64,000 bases of DNA from NCBI GenBank assembly GCA_040285855.1, contig JAUFOQ010000006.1, positions 1,922,001-1,986,000 of the forward strand, written 5' to 3'. Positions 36,201 to 49,666 of this stretch are shown in pieces. The stretch comes from Eukaryota sp. GEM-RC1 (Eukaryota). How positions within the stretch are numbered: the first letter of the stretch is position 1; each line of letters begins with the position of its first letter. Below the pieces are notes generated by a model. The model made no database searches. It was not told the DNA's origin and saw only the letters and a list, made by a program, of their open reading frames with translations. A program made the position numbers and the translations under genes.

Positions 36201-39200
36201 AACGTTAAAAAGCTCCAAACTAGAAGTTTCGGGAACATTAAAAAACCATTAAAGTGAGGTTGATTCAAAACAATCATTGAAGAGTAATTACCCAAGTTAA
36301 CTATGTTGTTTTGATTGAATGTTAAGTTGATAAAGATATGTTGACAATCAAAGGACATAGATGCAATGTTGTAAAGAAAAGAGTCATGATCATTGAGAGA
36401 GTATATTTTAAAGTCAGAATTTGATGCACAAAGGACTTCAACATCTTGTGGGAAATGTAAAGAAGTGTCGTTGAAGAAGAGTAACTTACTGGAAGACGGT
36501 GAAGACAGTAATTTAGTACTATGAGGTAAATCGAGAACAACCTTATTGAACATCAGTTTCTGGTTGGAGTGGGTAATAATACTGTCAAATACACTGAAAG
36601 TGTTTGTGGAGGTGATATTTTTGGTCCATTACTATAAAGATTGAGCTGACTAACATTGAACTGTCCAACTCCTTCAATACTTCCACAGTACCAATCAAAC
36701 TTGTCAATTTGAAGGTCAGTGTTGAGATTGATTGTGGGGCAATCGTTTTGACCAAAAACAAGATGTTTCATGAAAGAAGGATGGTGAGAAAAAGCTAAAG
36801 GACCAGTGAAATTGACAAAATTTTCAAATATGAATAAAGTTTCAAACGACAAATGTCCGTGAAAATGGGGTGTAATTATGAACATTTTTGAATGAAACAA
36901 AGAGACTTTCCCTTTCCAGGCAAAATTAATCTGTTATCTGAGAGTTCCACAAGTTCTTGTACTTCTTGAAAATTCAAAGCCCTTGAATATATTCGAACTT
37001 CTCTAAATTTACCACGGAATTGGGTGTGAAGTGAAGCCCCATTCCACAAAGCTCCTAAAGGGTAAAAACTAGAAGGATCATTACAAGTGTACCAGTTAGA
37101 AGAGCTAGTTATCATTACTCCATTAATATAGAAACTAGCAGTAATGCCTGAAATGGAAACAACAACGGAAATCCATTGGTGACGTGGAAAAACCACTGTT
37201 TGAGATTCTCGGGCCCAGTAAAATCGATTGGAATCTATGGAAATACCTAGTCTACATCTATTACTAGACGATGCCGTACGAACACCAAAACCACCACTAT
37301 CAAGCCAAATCTTTGCAACAAAAGTAGAATCTCTCCAACCATATACCCCTAGTCTATTAGGAATATTAAGAGTAGAAGAGTCCTTGGAAAACTCATAAAA
37401 CCCACCTGAGGAATCCATCTTCCAATCAATATCAGAAAAAGAAAGTATTTGATGATGATTTTTGAATAATCATAAAAATTTGAATTAACACTCCAATCAA
37501 AATATAAAACAAGGTCAGAATCATTGACTAGAGGACGATCGATAAGATCAATAAATAAGGCTTCAACGTTAAAAAGCTCCAAACTAGAAGTTTCGGGAAC
37601 ATTAAAAAACCATTAAAGTGAGGTTGATTCAAAACAATCATTGAAGAGTAATTACCCAAGTTAACTATGTTGTTTTGATTGAATGTTAAGTTGATAAAGA
37701 TATGTTCACAATCAAAAGACATAGATGCAATGTTGTAAAGAAAAGAGTCATGTTCATTGAGATAGTATATTTTAAAGTCTGAATTTGGGGCACAACGAAC
37801 TTCAACATCTTGTGGGAAATGTAAAGAAGTCTTGATGAAGAAAAGAGTCTGACTGGAATCCGTAATAATCTCGTCAAAAACAGTGAAATTACTTGTAATG
37901 TCTAGTGTTTTTGTTCCATTACTATAAAAATTGAGCTGACTGACATTGAAGTGTCCAACACCTTCAATACTTCCACAGTACCAATCGAACTTGTCAACGT
38001 GAAGGTCAGTGTTGAGATTAATTGTAGGGCAATCGTTTTGTCCAAAAGCAAGATGTTTCATGAAAGAAGGATGATGAGAGATGGTTAGAGGACCAGTGAA
38101 ATTAACGAAATTTTGAAATATGAATAACGAATCAACAGTCAAATGACCATGAAAATGGGGTGTAATAACGAACATTTTTGAACTAAACATGGAAACTCTT
38201 CCTGTTCCATGCAAAATTAATCTGTTATCTGAGAACTCCACAAGTTCCTGTACTTCTTGAAAAGTCAGAGCTCTTGAATAAATTCGAACTTCTCTAAATT
38301 TACCACGAAACTGACTGTGAGGTGATGACATATCCCACAAAGCTCCTAAAGGGAAAAAAACTGGAAGGGTTATCACAATTGTACCAGTTAGAAGAGCTAG
38401 CTCTTATTACTCCATTGATGTAAAAACTAGCAGTAGTGCCTGAAATGGAAACTATTAGAGAAATCCATTGGTGACGTGGAAAAACCACTGTTTGAGAGTC
38501 TTGGGCCCAGTAAACTAGATTTAGATCTACTGAAACACCTAGTCTGCATCTATTGTTATGATAGTTAGTAAGAACACCAAAACCTCCACTATCAAGCCAA
38601 ATTTTAGCAACAAAAGTAGAATCTCTCCAACCATGATTTCCTAGTCTATTAGGAATATTAAGAATAGACGAGTCTTTGGAGAATTCATAAAAACCACCTG
38701 AAGAATCCAACTTCCAATCAATATCAGAAGAAGATATTATTTGCTGATGATTTGCTGAATAATCATAAAAATTTGAATTAACACTCCAATCAAAATATAA
38801 AACAAGGTCAGAATCATTGACTAGAGGACGATCGATAAGATCAATAAATAAGGCTTCAACGTTAAAAAGCTCCAAACTAGAAGTTTCGGGAACATTAAAA
38901 AAACCATTAAAGTGAGGTTGATTCAAAACAATCATTGAAGAGTAATTACCCAAGTTAACTATGTTGTTTTGATTGAATGTTAAGTTGATAAAGATATGTT
39001 CACAATCAAAAGACATAGATGCAATGTTGTAAAGAAAAGAGTCATGTTCATTGAGAGAGTATATTTTAAAGTCTGAATCTGGTGCACAACGAACTTCAAC
39101 ATCTTGTGGGAAATGTAAAGAAGTGTTGTTGAAGAAAAGAGTCTGACTGGAAGACGGTGCAGACAGTAATTTAATACTATGAGGTAAATCGAGAACAACC

Positions 39201-42200
39201 TTATTGAACATTAGTTTCTGGCTGGAGTGGGTAATAATACTGTCAAAAACACTGAAAGTGTTTGTGGAGGTGAAACTTTTGTTGCATTACTATAAAGATT
39301 GAGCTGACTAACATTGAATTGGCCAACACCTTCAATACTTCCACAGTACCAGTCAAACTTGTCAACGTGAAGATCAGTGTTGAGATTGATTGTGGGGCAA
39401 TCGTTTTGACCAAAAGCAAGATGTTTCATGAAAGAAGGATGGTGAGAAAAGGTTAAAGGGCCTGTGAAATTAACGAAATTTGGAAATATGAATAAACTGT
39501 CGATTGCTAAATGGCTATAGAAATGAGGTGCTAAAATAAACAATTTCGAGTCAAACAAAGAGATTTTGCCTTCTCCTGATAGTATCAATTTGTTATCTAC
39601 AAAGTCATCAAGATCATGAAGTTCTTTGCTCGGCAATATACCCTTTACATTATAGAGCTCCAAACTAGAAGTTTCAGGAACATTAAAGGAACCATTGAAG
39701 TGAGGTTGATTCTGAACAATCATTGAAGAGTAATTACCCAAGTTGATTATATTGTTTTGATTGAATGTTAAGTTGATAAAGATATGTTCACAATCAAAAG
39801 ACATAGATGCAATGTTGTAAAGAAAAGAGTCATGTTCATTGAGATAGTATATTTTAAAGTCTGAATTTGGGGCACAACGAACTTCAACATCTTGTGGGAA
39901 ATGTAAAGAAGTCTTGATGAAGAAAAGAGTCTGACTGGAATCCGTAATAATCTCGTCAAAAACAGTGAAATTACTTGTAATGTCTAGTGTTTTTGTTCCA
40001 TTACTATAAAAATTGAGCTGACTGACATTGAAGTGTCCAACACCTTCAATACTTCCACAGTACCAATCGAGCTTGTCAACGTGAAGGTCAGTGTTGAGAT
40101 TAATTGTAGGGCAATCGTTTTGTCCAAAAGCAAGATGTTTCATGAAAGAAGGATGATGAGAGATGGTTAGAGGACCAGTGAAATTAACGAAATTTTGAAA
40201 TATGAATAACGAATCAACAGTCAAATGACCATGAAAATGGGGTGTAATAACGAACATTTTTGAACTAAACATGGAAACTCTTCCTGTTCCATGCAAAATT
40301 AATCTGTTATCTGAGAACTCCACAAGTTCCTGTACTTCTTGAAAAGTCAGAGCTCTTGAATAAATTCGAACTTCTCTAAATTTACCACGAAACTGACTGT
40401 GAGGTGATGACATATCCCACAAAGCTCCTAAAGGGAAAAAACTGGAAGGGTTATCACAATTGTACCAGTTAGAAGAGCTAGCTCTTATTACTCCATTGAT
40501 GTAAAAACTAGCAGTAGTGCCTGAAATGGAAACTATTAGAGAAATCCATTGGTGACGTGGAAAAACCACTGTTTGAGAGTCTTGGGCCCAGTAAACTAGA
40601 TTTAGATCTACTGAAACACCTAGTCTGCATCTATTGTTATGATAGTTAGTAAGAACACCAAAACCTCCACTATCAAGCCAAATTTTAGCAACAAAAGTAG
40701 AATCTCTCCAACCATGATTTCCTAGTCTATTAGGAATATTAAGAATAGACGAGTCTTTGGAGAATTCATAAAAACCACCTGAAGAATCCAACTTCCAATC
40801 AATATCAGAAGAAGATATTATTTGCTGATGATTTGCTGAATAATCATAAAAATTTGAATTAACACTCCAATCAAAGTATAGTACAAGGGCAGGATCACTG
40901 ACTAGAGGACGATCTTTAAGGTCACTAAATGAAGCTTCAACGTCAATAAGCTCTAAACTAGAAGTTTCAGGAATGTTAAATGAACCATTGAAGTGAGGTT
41001 GATTCTGAACAATCATTAAAGAGTAATTACCCAAGTTGATTATATTATTTTGATTGAAGATTAAGTTGATGAGGGTAAGTTGACAATCAAAAACATAGAT
41101 GCAATGTTGTAAAGAAAAGAGTCATGATCATTGAGAGAGTATAGTTTAAAGTCTGAATTTGGGGCACAACGAACTTCAACATCTTGTGGGAAATGTAAAG
41201 AAGTCTTGTTGAAGAAAAGAGTCTGACTGGAAGACGGTGCAGACAGTAATTTAATACTATGAGGTAAATCGAGAACAACCTTATTGAACATTAGTTTCTG
41301 GCTGGAGTGGGTAATAATACTGTCAAAAACACTGAAAGTGTTTGTGGAAATGAAACGTTTTGTTGCATTACTATAAAGATTGAGCTGACTAACATTGAAT
41401 TGGCCAACACCTTCAATACTTCCACAGTACCAGTCAAACTTGTCAACGTGAAGATCAGTGTTGAGATTGATTGTGGGGCAATCGTTTTGACCAAAAGCAA
41501 GATGTTTCATGAAAGAAGGATGGTGAGAAAAGGTTAAAGGGCCTGTGAAATTAACGAAATTTGGACATATGAATAAACTGTCGATTGCTAAATGGCTATA
41601 GAAATGAGGTGCTAAAATAAACAATTTCGAGTCAAACAAAGAGATTTTGCCTTCTCCTGATAGTATCAATTTGTTATCTACAAAGTCATCAAGATCATGA
41701 ACTTCTTTGCTTGGCAATAGACCCTTTACATTAGAGAGCTCCAAACTAGAAGTTTCAGGAACATTAAAGGAACCATTGAAGTGGGGTTGATTCTGAACAA
41801 TCATTGAAGAGTAATTACCCAAGTTGATTATATTGTTTTGATTGAATGTTAAGTTGATAAAGATATGTTCACAATCAAAAGACATAGATGCAATGTTGTA
41901 AAGAAAAGAGTCATGTTCATTGAGATAGTATATTTTAAAGTCTGAATCTGGTGCACAACGAACATCAGCATCTTGTGGGAAATGTAAAGAAGTCTTGTTG
42001 AAGAAAAGAGTCTGACTGGAATCCGTAATAATCTCGTCAAAAACAGTGAAATTACTTGTAATGTCTAGAGTTTTTGTTCCATTACTATAAAGATTGAGCT
42101 GACTGACATTGAATTGCCCAACTCCTTCAATACTTCCACAGTACCAATCAAACTTGTCCACGTGAAGGTCAGTGTTGAGATTGATTGTAGGGCAATCGTT

Positions 42201-45200
42201 TTGACCAAAAGCAAGATGTTTCATGAAAGAAGGATGATGAGAGATGGTTAGAGGACCAGTGAAATTAACGAAATTTTGAAATATGAATAACGAATCAACA
42301 GTCAAATGACCATGAAAATGGGGTGTAATAACGAACATTTTTGAACTAAACATGGAAACTCTTCCTGCTCCAGGCAAAATTAATCTGTTATCTGAGAACT
42401 CCACAAGTTCCTGTACTTCTTGAAAAGTCAGAGCTCTTGAATAAATTCGAACTTCTCTAAATTTACCACGAAACTGACTGTGAGGTGATGACATATCCCA
42501 CAAAGCTCCTAAAGGGAAAACACTGGAAGGGTTATCACAATTGTACCAGTTAGAAGAGCTAGCTCTTATTACTCCATTGATGTAAAAACTAGCAGTAGTG
42601 CCTGAAATGGAAACTATTAGAGAAATCCATTGGTGACGTGGAAAAACCACTGTTTGAGAGTCTTGGGCCCAGTAAACTAGATTTAGATCTACTGAAACAC
42701 CTAGTCTGCATCTATTATTATAATAGTTAGTAAGAACACCAAAACCTCCACTATCAAGCCAAATTTTAGCAACAAAAGTAGAATCTCTCCAACCATGATT
42801 TCCTAGTCTATTAGGAATATTAAGAATAGACGAGTCTTTGGAGAATTCATAAAAACCACCTGAAGAATCCAACTTCCAATCAATATCAGAAGAAGATATT
42901 ATTTGCTGATGATTTGCTGAATAATCATAAAAATTTGAATTAACACTCCAATCAAAGTATAGTACAAGGGCAGGATCACTGACTAGAGGACGATCTTTAA
43001 GGTCACTAAATGAAGCTTCAACGTCAAAAAGCTCCAAACTAGAAGTTTCAGGAATGTTGAATGAACCATTGAAGTGAGGTTGATTCTGAACAATCATTAA
43101 AGAGTAATTACCCAAGTTGATTATATTATTTTGATTGAAGATTAAGTTGATGAGGGTAAGTTGACAATCAAAAACATAGATGCAATGTTGTAAAGAAAAG
43201 AGTCATGATCATTGAGAGAGTATAGTTTAAAGTCTGAATTTGGGGCACAACGAACTTCAACATCTTGTGGGAAATGTAAAGAAGTCTTGTTGAAGAAAAG
43301 AGTCTGACTGGAATCCGTAATAATCTCGTCAAAAACAGTGAAATTACTTGTAATGTCTAGAGTTTTTGTTCCATTACTATAAAGATTGAGCTGACTGACA
43401 TTGAATTGCCCAACTCCTTCAATACTTCCACAGTACCAATCAAACTTGTCCACGTGAAGGTCAGTGTTGAGATTGATTGTAGGGCAATCGTTTTGACCAA
43501 AAGCAAGATGTTTCATGAAAGAAGGATGATGAGAGATGGTTAGAGGACCAGTGAAATTAACGAAATTTTGAAATATGAATAACGAATCAACAGTCAAATG
43601 ACCATGAAAATGGGGTGTAATAACGAACATTTTTGAACTAAACATGGAAACTCTTCCTGCTCCAGGCAAAATTAATCTGTTATCTGAGAACTCCACAAGT
43701 TCCTGTACTTCTTGAAAAGTCAGAGCTCTTGAATAAATTCGAACTTCTCTAAATTTTCCACGAAACTGAGTGTGAGGTGATGACCTATCCCACAAAGCTC
43801 CTAAAGGGAAAAAACTGGAAGGGTTATCACAATTGTACCAGTTAGAAGAGCTAGCTCTTATTACTCCATTGATGTAAAAACTAGCAGTAGTGCCTGAAAT
43901 GGAAACTATTAGAGAAATCCATTGGTGACGTGGAAAAACCACTGTTTGAGAGTCTTGGGCCCAGTAAACTAGATTTAGATCTACTGAAACACCTAGTCTG
44001 CATCTATTATTATAATAATAAGTAAGAACACCAAAACCGCCACTATCAAGCCAAATTTTAACAACAAAAGTAGAATCTCTCCAACCATGATTTCCTAGTC
44101 TATTAGGAATATTAAGAATAGACGAGTCTTTGGAGAATTCATAAAAACCACCTGAGGAATCCATCTTCCAATCAATATCAGAAGAAGATATTTTTTGATT
44201 ATAGTTTCCTGAATAATCATAAAAATTTGAATTAACACTCCAATCAAAATATAGTACAAGGGCAGAATCACTGACTAAAGGACTATCTTTAAGGTCACTG
44301 AATGAAGCTTCAACGTCAAAAAGCTCCAAACTAGAAGTTTCAGGAACATTAAATGAACCATTGAAGTGAGGTTGATTCTGAACAATCATTAAAGAGTAAT
44401 TACCCAAGATGATTATATTGTTTTGATTGAATGTTAAGTTGATAAAGATATGTTCACAATCAAAAGACATAGATGCAATGTTGTAAAGAAAAGAGTCATG
44501 TTCATTGAGAGAGTATATTTTAAAGTCTGAATCTGGTGCACAACGAACTTCAACATCTTGTGGGAAATGTAAAGAAGTGTTGTTGAAGAAAAGGAACTTA
44601 CTGGAAGACGGTGCAGACAGTAATTTAATACTATGAGGTAAATCGAGAACAACCTTATTGAACATTAGTTTCTGGCTGGAGTGGGTAATAATACTGTCAA
44701 AAACACTGAAAGTGTTTGTGGAAATGAAACGTTTTGTTGCATTACTATAAAGATTGAGCTGACTAACATTGAATTGGCCAACACCTTCAATACTTCCACA
44801 GTACCAGTCAAACTTGTCAACGTGAAGATCAGTGTTGAGATTGATTGTGGGGCAATCGTTTTGACCAAAAGCAAGATGTTTCATGAAAGAAGGATGGTGA
44901 GAAAAGGTTAAAGGGCCTGTGAAATTAACGAAATTTGGACATATGAATAAACTGTCGATTGCTAAATGGCTATAGAAATGAGGTGCTAAAATAAACAATT
45001 TCGAGTCAAACAAAGAGATTTTGCCTTCTCCTGATAGTATCAATTTGTTATCTACAAAGTCATCAAGATCATGAACTTCTTTGCTTGGCAATAGACCCTT
45101 TACATTAGAGAGCTCCAAACTAGAAGTTTCAGGAACATTAAAGGAACCATTGAAGTGGGGTTGATTCTGAACAATCATTGAAGAGTAATTACCCAAGTTG

Positions 45201-48200
45201 ATTATATTGTTTTGATTGAATGTTAAGTTGATAAAGATATGTTCACAATCAAAAGACATAGATGCAATGTTGTAAAGAAAAGAGTCATGTTCATTGAGAT
45301 AGTATATTTTAAAGTCTGAATCTGGTGCACAACGAACATCAGCATCTTGTGGGAAATGTAAAGAAGTCTTGTTGAAGAAAAGAGTCTGACTGGAATCCGT
45401 GATAATCTCGTCAAAAACAGTGAAATTACTTGTAATGTCTAGAGTTTTTGTTCCATTACTATAAAGATTGAGCTGACTAACATTGAATTGTCCAACACCT
45501 TCAATACTTCCAGAGTACCAATCGAGCTTGTCAACGTGAAGGTCAGTGTTGAGATTGATTGTGGGGCAATCGTTTTGACCAAAAGCAAGATGTTTCATGA
45601 AAGAAGGATGATGAGAGATGGTTAGAGGACCAGTGAAATTAACGAAATTTTGAAATATGAATAACGAATCAACAGTCAAATGACCATGAAAATGGGGTGT
45701 AATAACGAACATTTTTGAACTAAACATGGAAACTCTTCCTGTTCCATGCAAAATTAATCTGTTATCTGAGAACTCCACAAGTTCCTGTACTTCTTGAAAA
45801 GTCAGAGCTCTTGAATAAATTCGAACTTCTCTAAATTTACCACGAAACTGACTGTGAGGTGATGACATATCCCACAAAGCTCCTAAAGGGAAAAAACTGG
45901 AAGGGTTATCACAATTGTACCAGTTAGAAGAGCTAGCTCTTATTACTCCATTGATGTAAAAACTAGCAGTAGTGCCTGAAATGGAAACTATTAGAGAAAT
46001 CCATTGGTGACGTGGAAAACCACTGTTTGAGAGTCTTGGGCCCAGTAAACTAGATTTAGATCTACTGAAACACCTAGTCTGCATCTATTATTATAATAGT
46101 TAGTAAGAACACCAAAACCTCCACTATCAAGCCAAATTTTAGCAACAAAAGTAGAATCTCTCCAACCATGATTTCCTAGTCTATTAGGAATATTAAGAAT
46201 AGACGAGTCTTTGGAGAATTCATAAAAACCACCTGAAGAATCCAACTTCCAATCAATATCAGAAGAAGATATTATTTGCTGATGATTTGCTGAATAATCA
46301 TAAAAATTTGAATTAACACTCCAATCAAAGTATAGTACAAGGGCAGGATCACTGACTAGAGGACGATCTTTAAGGTCACTAAATGAAGCTTCAACGTCAA
46401 AAAGATCCAAACTAGAAGTTTCAGGAATGTTAAAGGAACCATTGAAGTGAGGTTGATTCTGAACAATCATTAAAGAGTAATTACCCAAGTTCATTATATT
46501 GTTTTGATTGAATGTTAAGTTGATGAGGGTAAGTTGACAATCAAAAACATAGATGCAATGTTGTAAAGAAAAGAGTTATGATCATTGAGAGAGTAAAGTT
46601 TAAAGTCTGAATTTGGGGCACAACGAACTTCAACATCTTGTGGGAAATGTAAAGAAGTCTTGATGAAGAAAAGAGTCTGACTGGAATCCGTAATAATCTC
46701 GTCAAAAACAGTGAAATTACTTGTAATGTCTAGTGTTTTTGTTCCATTACTATAAAAATTGAGCTGACTGACATTGAAGTGTCCAACACCTTCAATACTT
46801 CCACAGTACCAATCGAGCTTGTCAACGTGAAGGTCAGTGTTGAGATTAATTGTAGGGCAATCGTTTTGTCCAAAAGCAAGATGTTTCATGAAAGAAGGAT
46901 GGTGAGAAAAAGTTAAAGGACTAGTGAAATTAACGAAATTTTGAAATATGAATAACGAATCAACAGTCAAATGACCATGAAAATGGGGTGTAATTACGAA
47001 CATTTTTGAACTAAACATGGAAACTCTTCCTGCTCCAGGCAAAATTAATCTGTTATCTGAGAATTCCACAAGTTCCTGTACTTCTTGAAAAGTCAGAGCT
47101 CTTGAATAAATTCGAACTTCTCTAAATTTACCACGGTACTGAGTGTGAGGTGATGACATATCCCACAAAGCTCCTAAAGGGAAAAAACTGGAAGGGTTAT
47201 CACAATTGTACCACCTAGAAGAGCTAGCTCTTATTACTCCATTGATGTAAAAACTAGCAGTAGTGCCTGAAATGGAAACTATTAGAGAAATCCATTGGTG
47301 ACGTGGAAAAACCACTGTTTGAGAGTCTTGGGCCCAGTAAAATCGATTTAGATCTACTGAAACACCTAGTCTGCATCTATTATTATAATAGTCAGTAAGA
47401 ACACCAAAACCTCCACTATCAAGCCAAATTTTAGCAACAAAAGTAGAATCTCTCCAACCATGTCTCCCTAGTCTATTTGGTATATTAAGAGTAGACGAGT
47501 CCTTGGAAAACTCATAGAACCCACCTGAGGAATCCAACTTCCAATCAATATCAGAAGAAGATATTATTTGATTATAGTTTCCTGAATAATCATAAATTTT
47601 TGAATTGACACTCCAATCAAAGTATAGTACAAGGGTAGGATCACTGACTAGAGGACGATCTTTAAGGTCACTAAATGAAACTTCAACGTTAAAAAGCTCC
47701 AAACTAGAAGTTTCAGGAATGTTAAAGGAACCATTGAAGTGAGGTTGATTCTGAACAATCATTAAAGAGTAATTACCCAAGTTGATTATATTGTTTTGAT
47801 TGAAGATTAAGTTGATGAGGGTAAGTTGACAATCAAAAACATAGATGCAATGTTGTAAAGAAAAGAGTCATGATCATTGAGAGAGTAAAGTTTAAATTCT
47901 GAATTTGGGGCACAACGAACTTCAACATCTTGTGGGAAATGTAAGAAAGTTTTGTTGAAGAAGAGAATCTGACTGGAATCCGTAGTAATCTCGTCAAAAA
48001 CAGTGAAATTACTAGTAATGTCTAGTGTTTTAGTTCCATTACTATATAGATTGAGGTGACTGACATTGAATTGTCCCACACCTTCAATACTTCCACAGTA
48101 CCAATCAAACTTGTCAACGTGAAGATCTGTGTTGAGATTGATTGTAGGGCAATCGTTTTGACCAAAAACAAGAAGATCGAAAAGCAGTGGATCAGTTATA

Positions 48201-48673
48201 GTCGTAGAGGATAAGTCACCATCGAGCACAAGAGTAGCACGTGATGAAGTCATTCTCCCACGTTGGATGATGAGTTCGTCACGTATATGGATGGAAACGT
48301 TCATCACAGACACTGTACCAAGAGAATCAATGAGCAGTGAAGTCGTAACGAACAAGGATTCTGAACCTCCAGCTCCGCATAACACTCCTCCCTTCCAATG
48401 AGATGATTCAGTTACTGTAATGGAAGCATTAAGTTCAAGCTGTAATGTTGTGCTGTTGTGGACTTCCAAAGAAGAAAGTGTGTGATCGGTTAAAACCTTT
48501 ATGAGAATATCATGCTGTGTGTACGGGATGATGACGTCATTACTATCAGAAGGAAAGAAAGGGTCCCAATTGAAGTCGTCCTCCCAAATTCCTGACACTG
48601 ACGATATCCAATAGACATTTTGACCAAACGATAGACACAAGAAGGTCATAACCAAGACTGGAATCATGTTCAT
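24298..48673 (-). CDS. Giant (~8,100 aa reconstructed) cell-surface protein: signal peptide, beta-solenoid repeats carrying 8 LamG/ConA-like domains, long right-handed beta-helix, IPT/TIG-like and Ig-like domains, Cys-rich ephrin-receptor-like (GCC2/3) repeats, multi-pass TM C-terminus
   Basis: About 20 consecutive minus-strand ORFs abut or overlap, with breaks mostly at homopolymer runs. Motifs: MNMIPVLVMTFLCLSFG signal; LVLYFDW...W..VVSISG..ASFYING...LGA...FRG.FREVRIYSRAL (LamG); YITTFGDDNPCCG...PCASF beta-helix start; CSPCLTNFYSD...CRECPYPRLT...GASSIEDCVC. Confidence 0.85.
34900..48170 (-). repeat. Intragenic tandem array: 12 GQNDCPTIN beta-solenoid modules, 8 LamG inserts
   Basis: GQNDCPTINLNTDL occurs 12 times (~35380, 36740, 38030, 39400, 40115, 41480, 42200, 43490, 44860, 45570, 46860, 48150). 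Spacing is ~0.7 kb without LamG and ~1.3-1.4 kb with LamG. Confidence 0.93.
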
Positions 48674-49248
48674 GGCTGTTGAAATCTGTTGCAATGTCGG
48701 GAAAAATCACTTAGACTTGACTCAACGATACGGTGTTCAAAAATTGCAACGTGTTTTTCAAAAGATAACGTTATGGTGTCGGTGTCCAGAGAGTGTCTTT
48801 GATGCAGGCTTGTCAGTTAAGAAAAAACGTTTAAAACGTATTTATGATTGACAACGTTTTCTATAATCTGGATTGACACATAAAGCACGACTTTCTACTC
48901 CACTTTTGTCTTAATATGATAGATGTTATATCATGCATGTAGTTCTGACCAAACAAGACTGAAACAAACCAAGCGTAAAAGTTGGTGACAACATTATATG
49001 CTATTTGCTTCTGAGCGAAATGACCCTCATGTACACCCAAACATTGTCCTTGTAACTCACCCAATGTTTTCTTCCGTCTAGATATTCTTCAAAATAACAC
49101 GTATACAGGAGGTGTCTTATAACGTGTTATTTTGAAAAGACGTTTCCACTACTTGTCCACACATATACTGGTATTGACAGTGACGCTTTCATTGATAATT
49201 TAAACTTATGCTATAGTAAATGAAAAAGTGTACTGCACGTGTATGAAT

Positions 49249-49666
49249 CATAGTACGGAAAACACCGGGCGTGTTTGAACGCGGTGTTGAGTGTGAACGT
49301 GTTGTGAACGTGTTGTATTTTTTAAAGGGGTAGTTGCGGTGTTTTGAGTTGTTGATTGTTTCCAAGCTGTTCCATGAAAATAATCTCAAATATACGAATT
49401 CTTTACTGCATAAAAGGTGGTGAGACCAAATAGAAACTCTTTGGAGTCGTAATTGATAATCAGTGATTGAACCCCAAAACAAGTTATCCACTAAAGTAGT
49501 TAGCGTTTCAAGAAATTTAAGATATGAATATATATTTAAAGAGAGAATTGGATGAAAAGTTTATGTGGTTGGGTGGCGGTGTTGTAGCGGTGTTCAACAC
49601 GGTGTTGAGTGTGAACGTGTTCTGAACGTGTTGTAACCGGATGAACACGTATTTTTCCGGACTATC
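49249..49666. mobile_element. hAT-type MITE, 418 bp
   Basis: 8-bp TSD GTATGAAT (49241-49248, 49667-49674); TIRs CATAGTACGGAAAA / GATAGTCCGGAAAA; subterminal CGGTGTTGAGTGTGAACGTGTT direct repeats at both ends. Confidence 0.85.

Noticed and set aside
41085..47845. The same -1 break (ATG TTT TTG instead of ATG TTT TTT GAT) in four repeat copies, suggesting programmed frameshifting or phase variation
   Set aside because: It is a T6-to-T5 homopolymer loss like many others in unrelated genes here (5181, 9592, 11110, 53761). Systematic long-read error in unpolished repeats is simpler, but read data are needed to exclude a biological cause.
34900..48170. Repeat array considered as CRISPR-like or as diversity-generating-retroelement template/variable repeats
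   Set aside because: Units are long protein-coding modules with no repeat-spacer structure. There is no DGR-type RT; the RTs present are gypsy and CRE-like.
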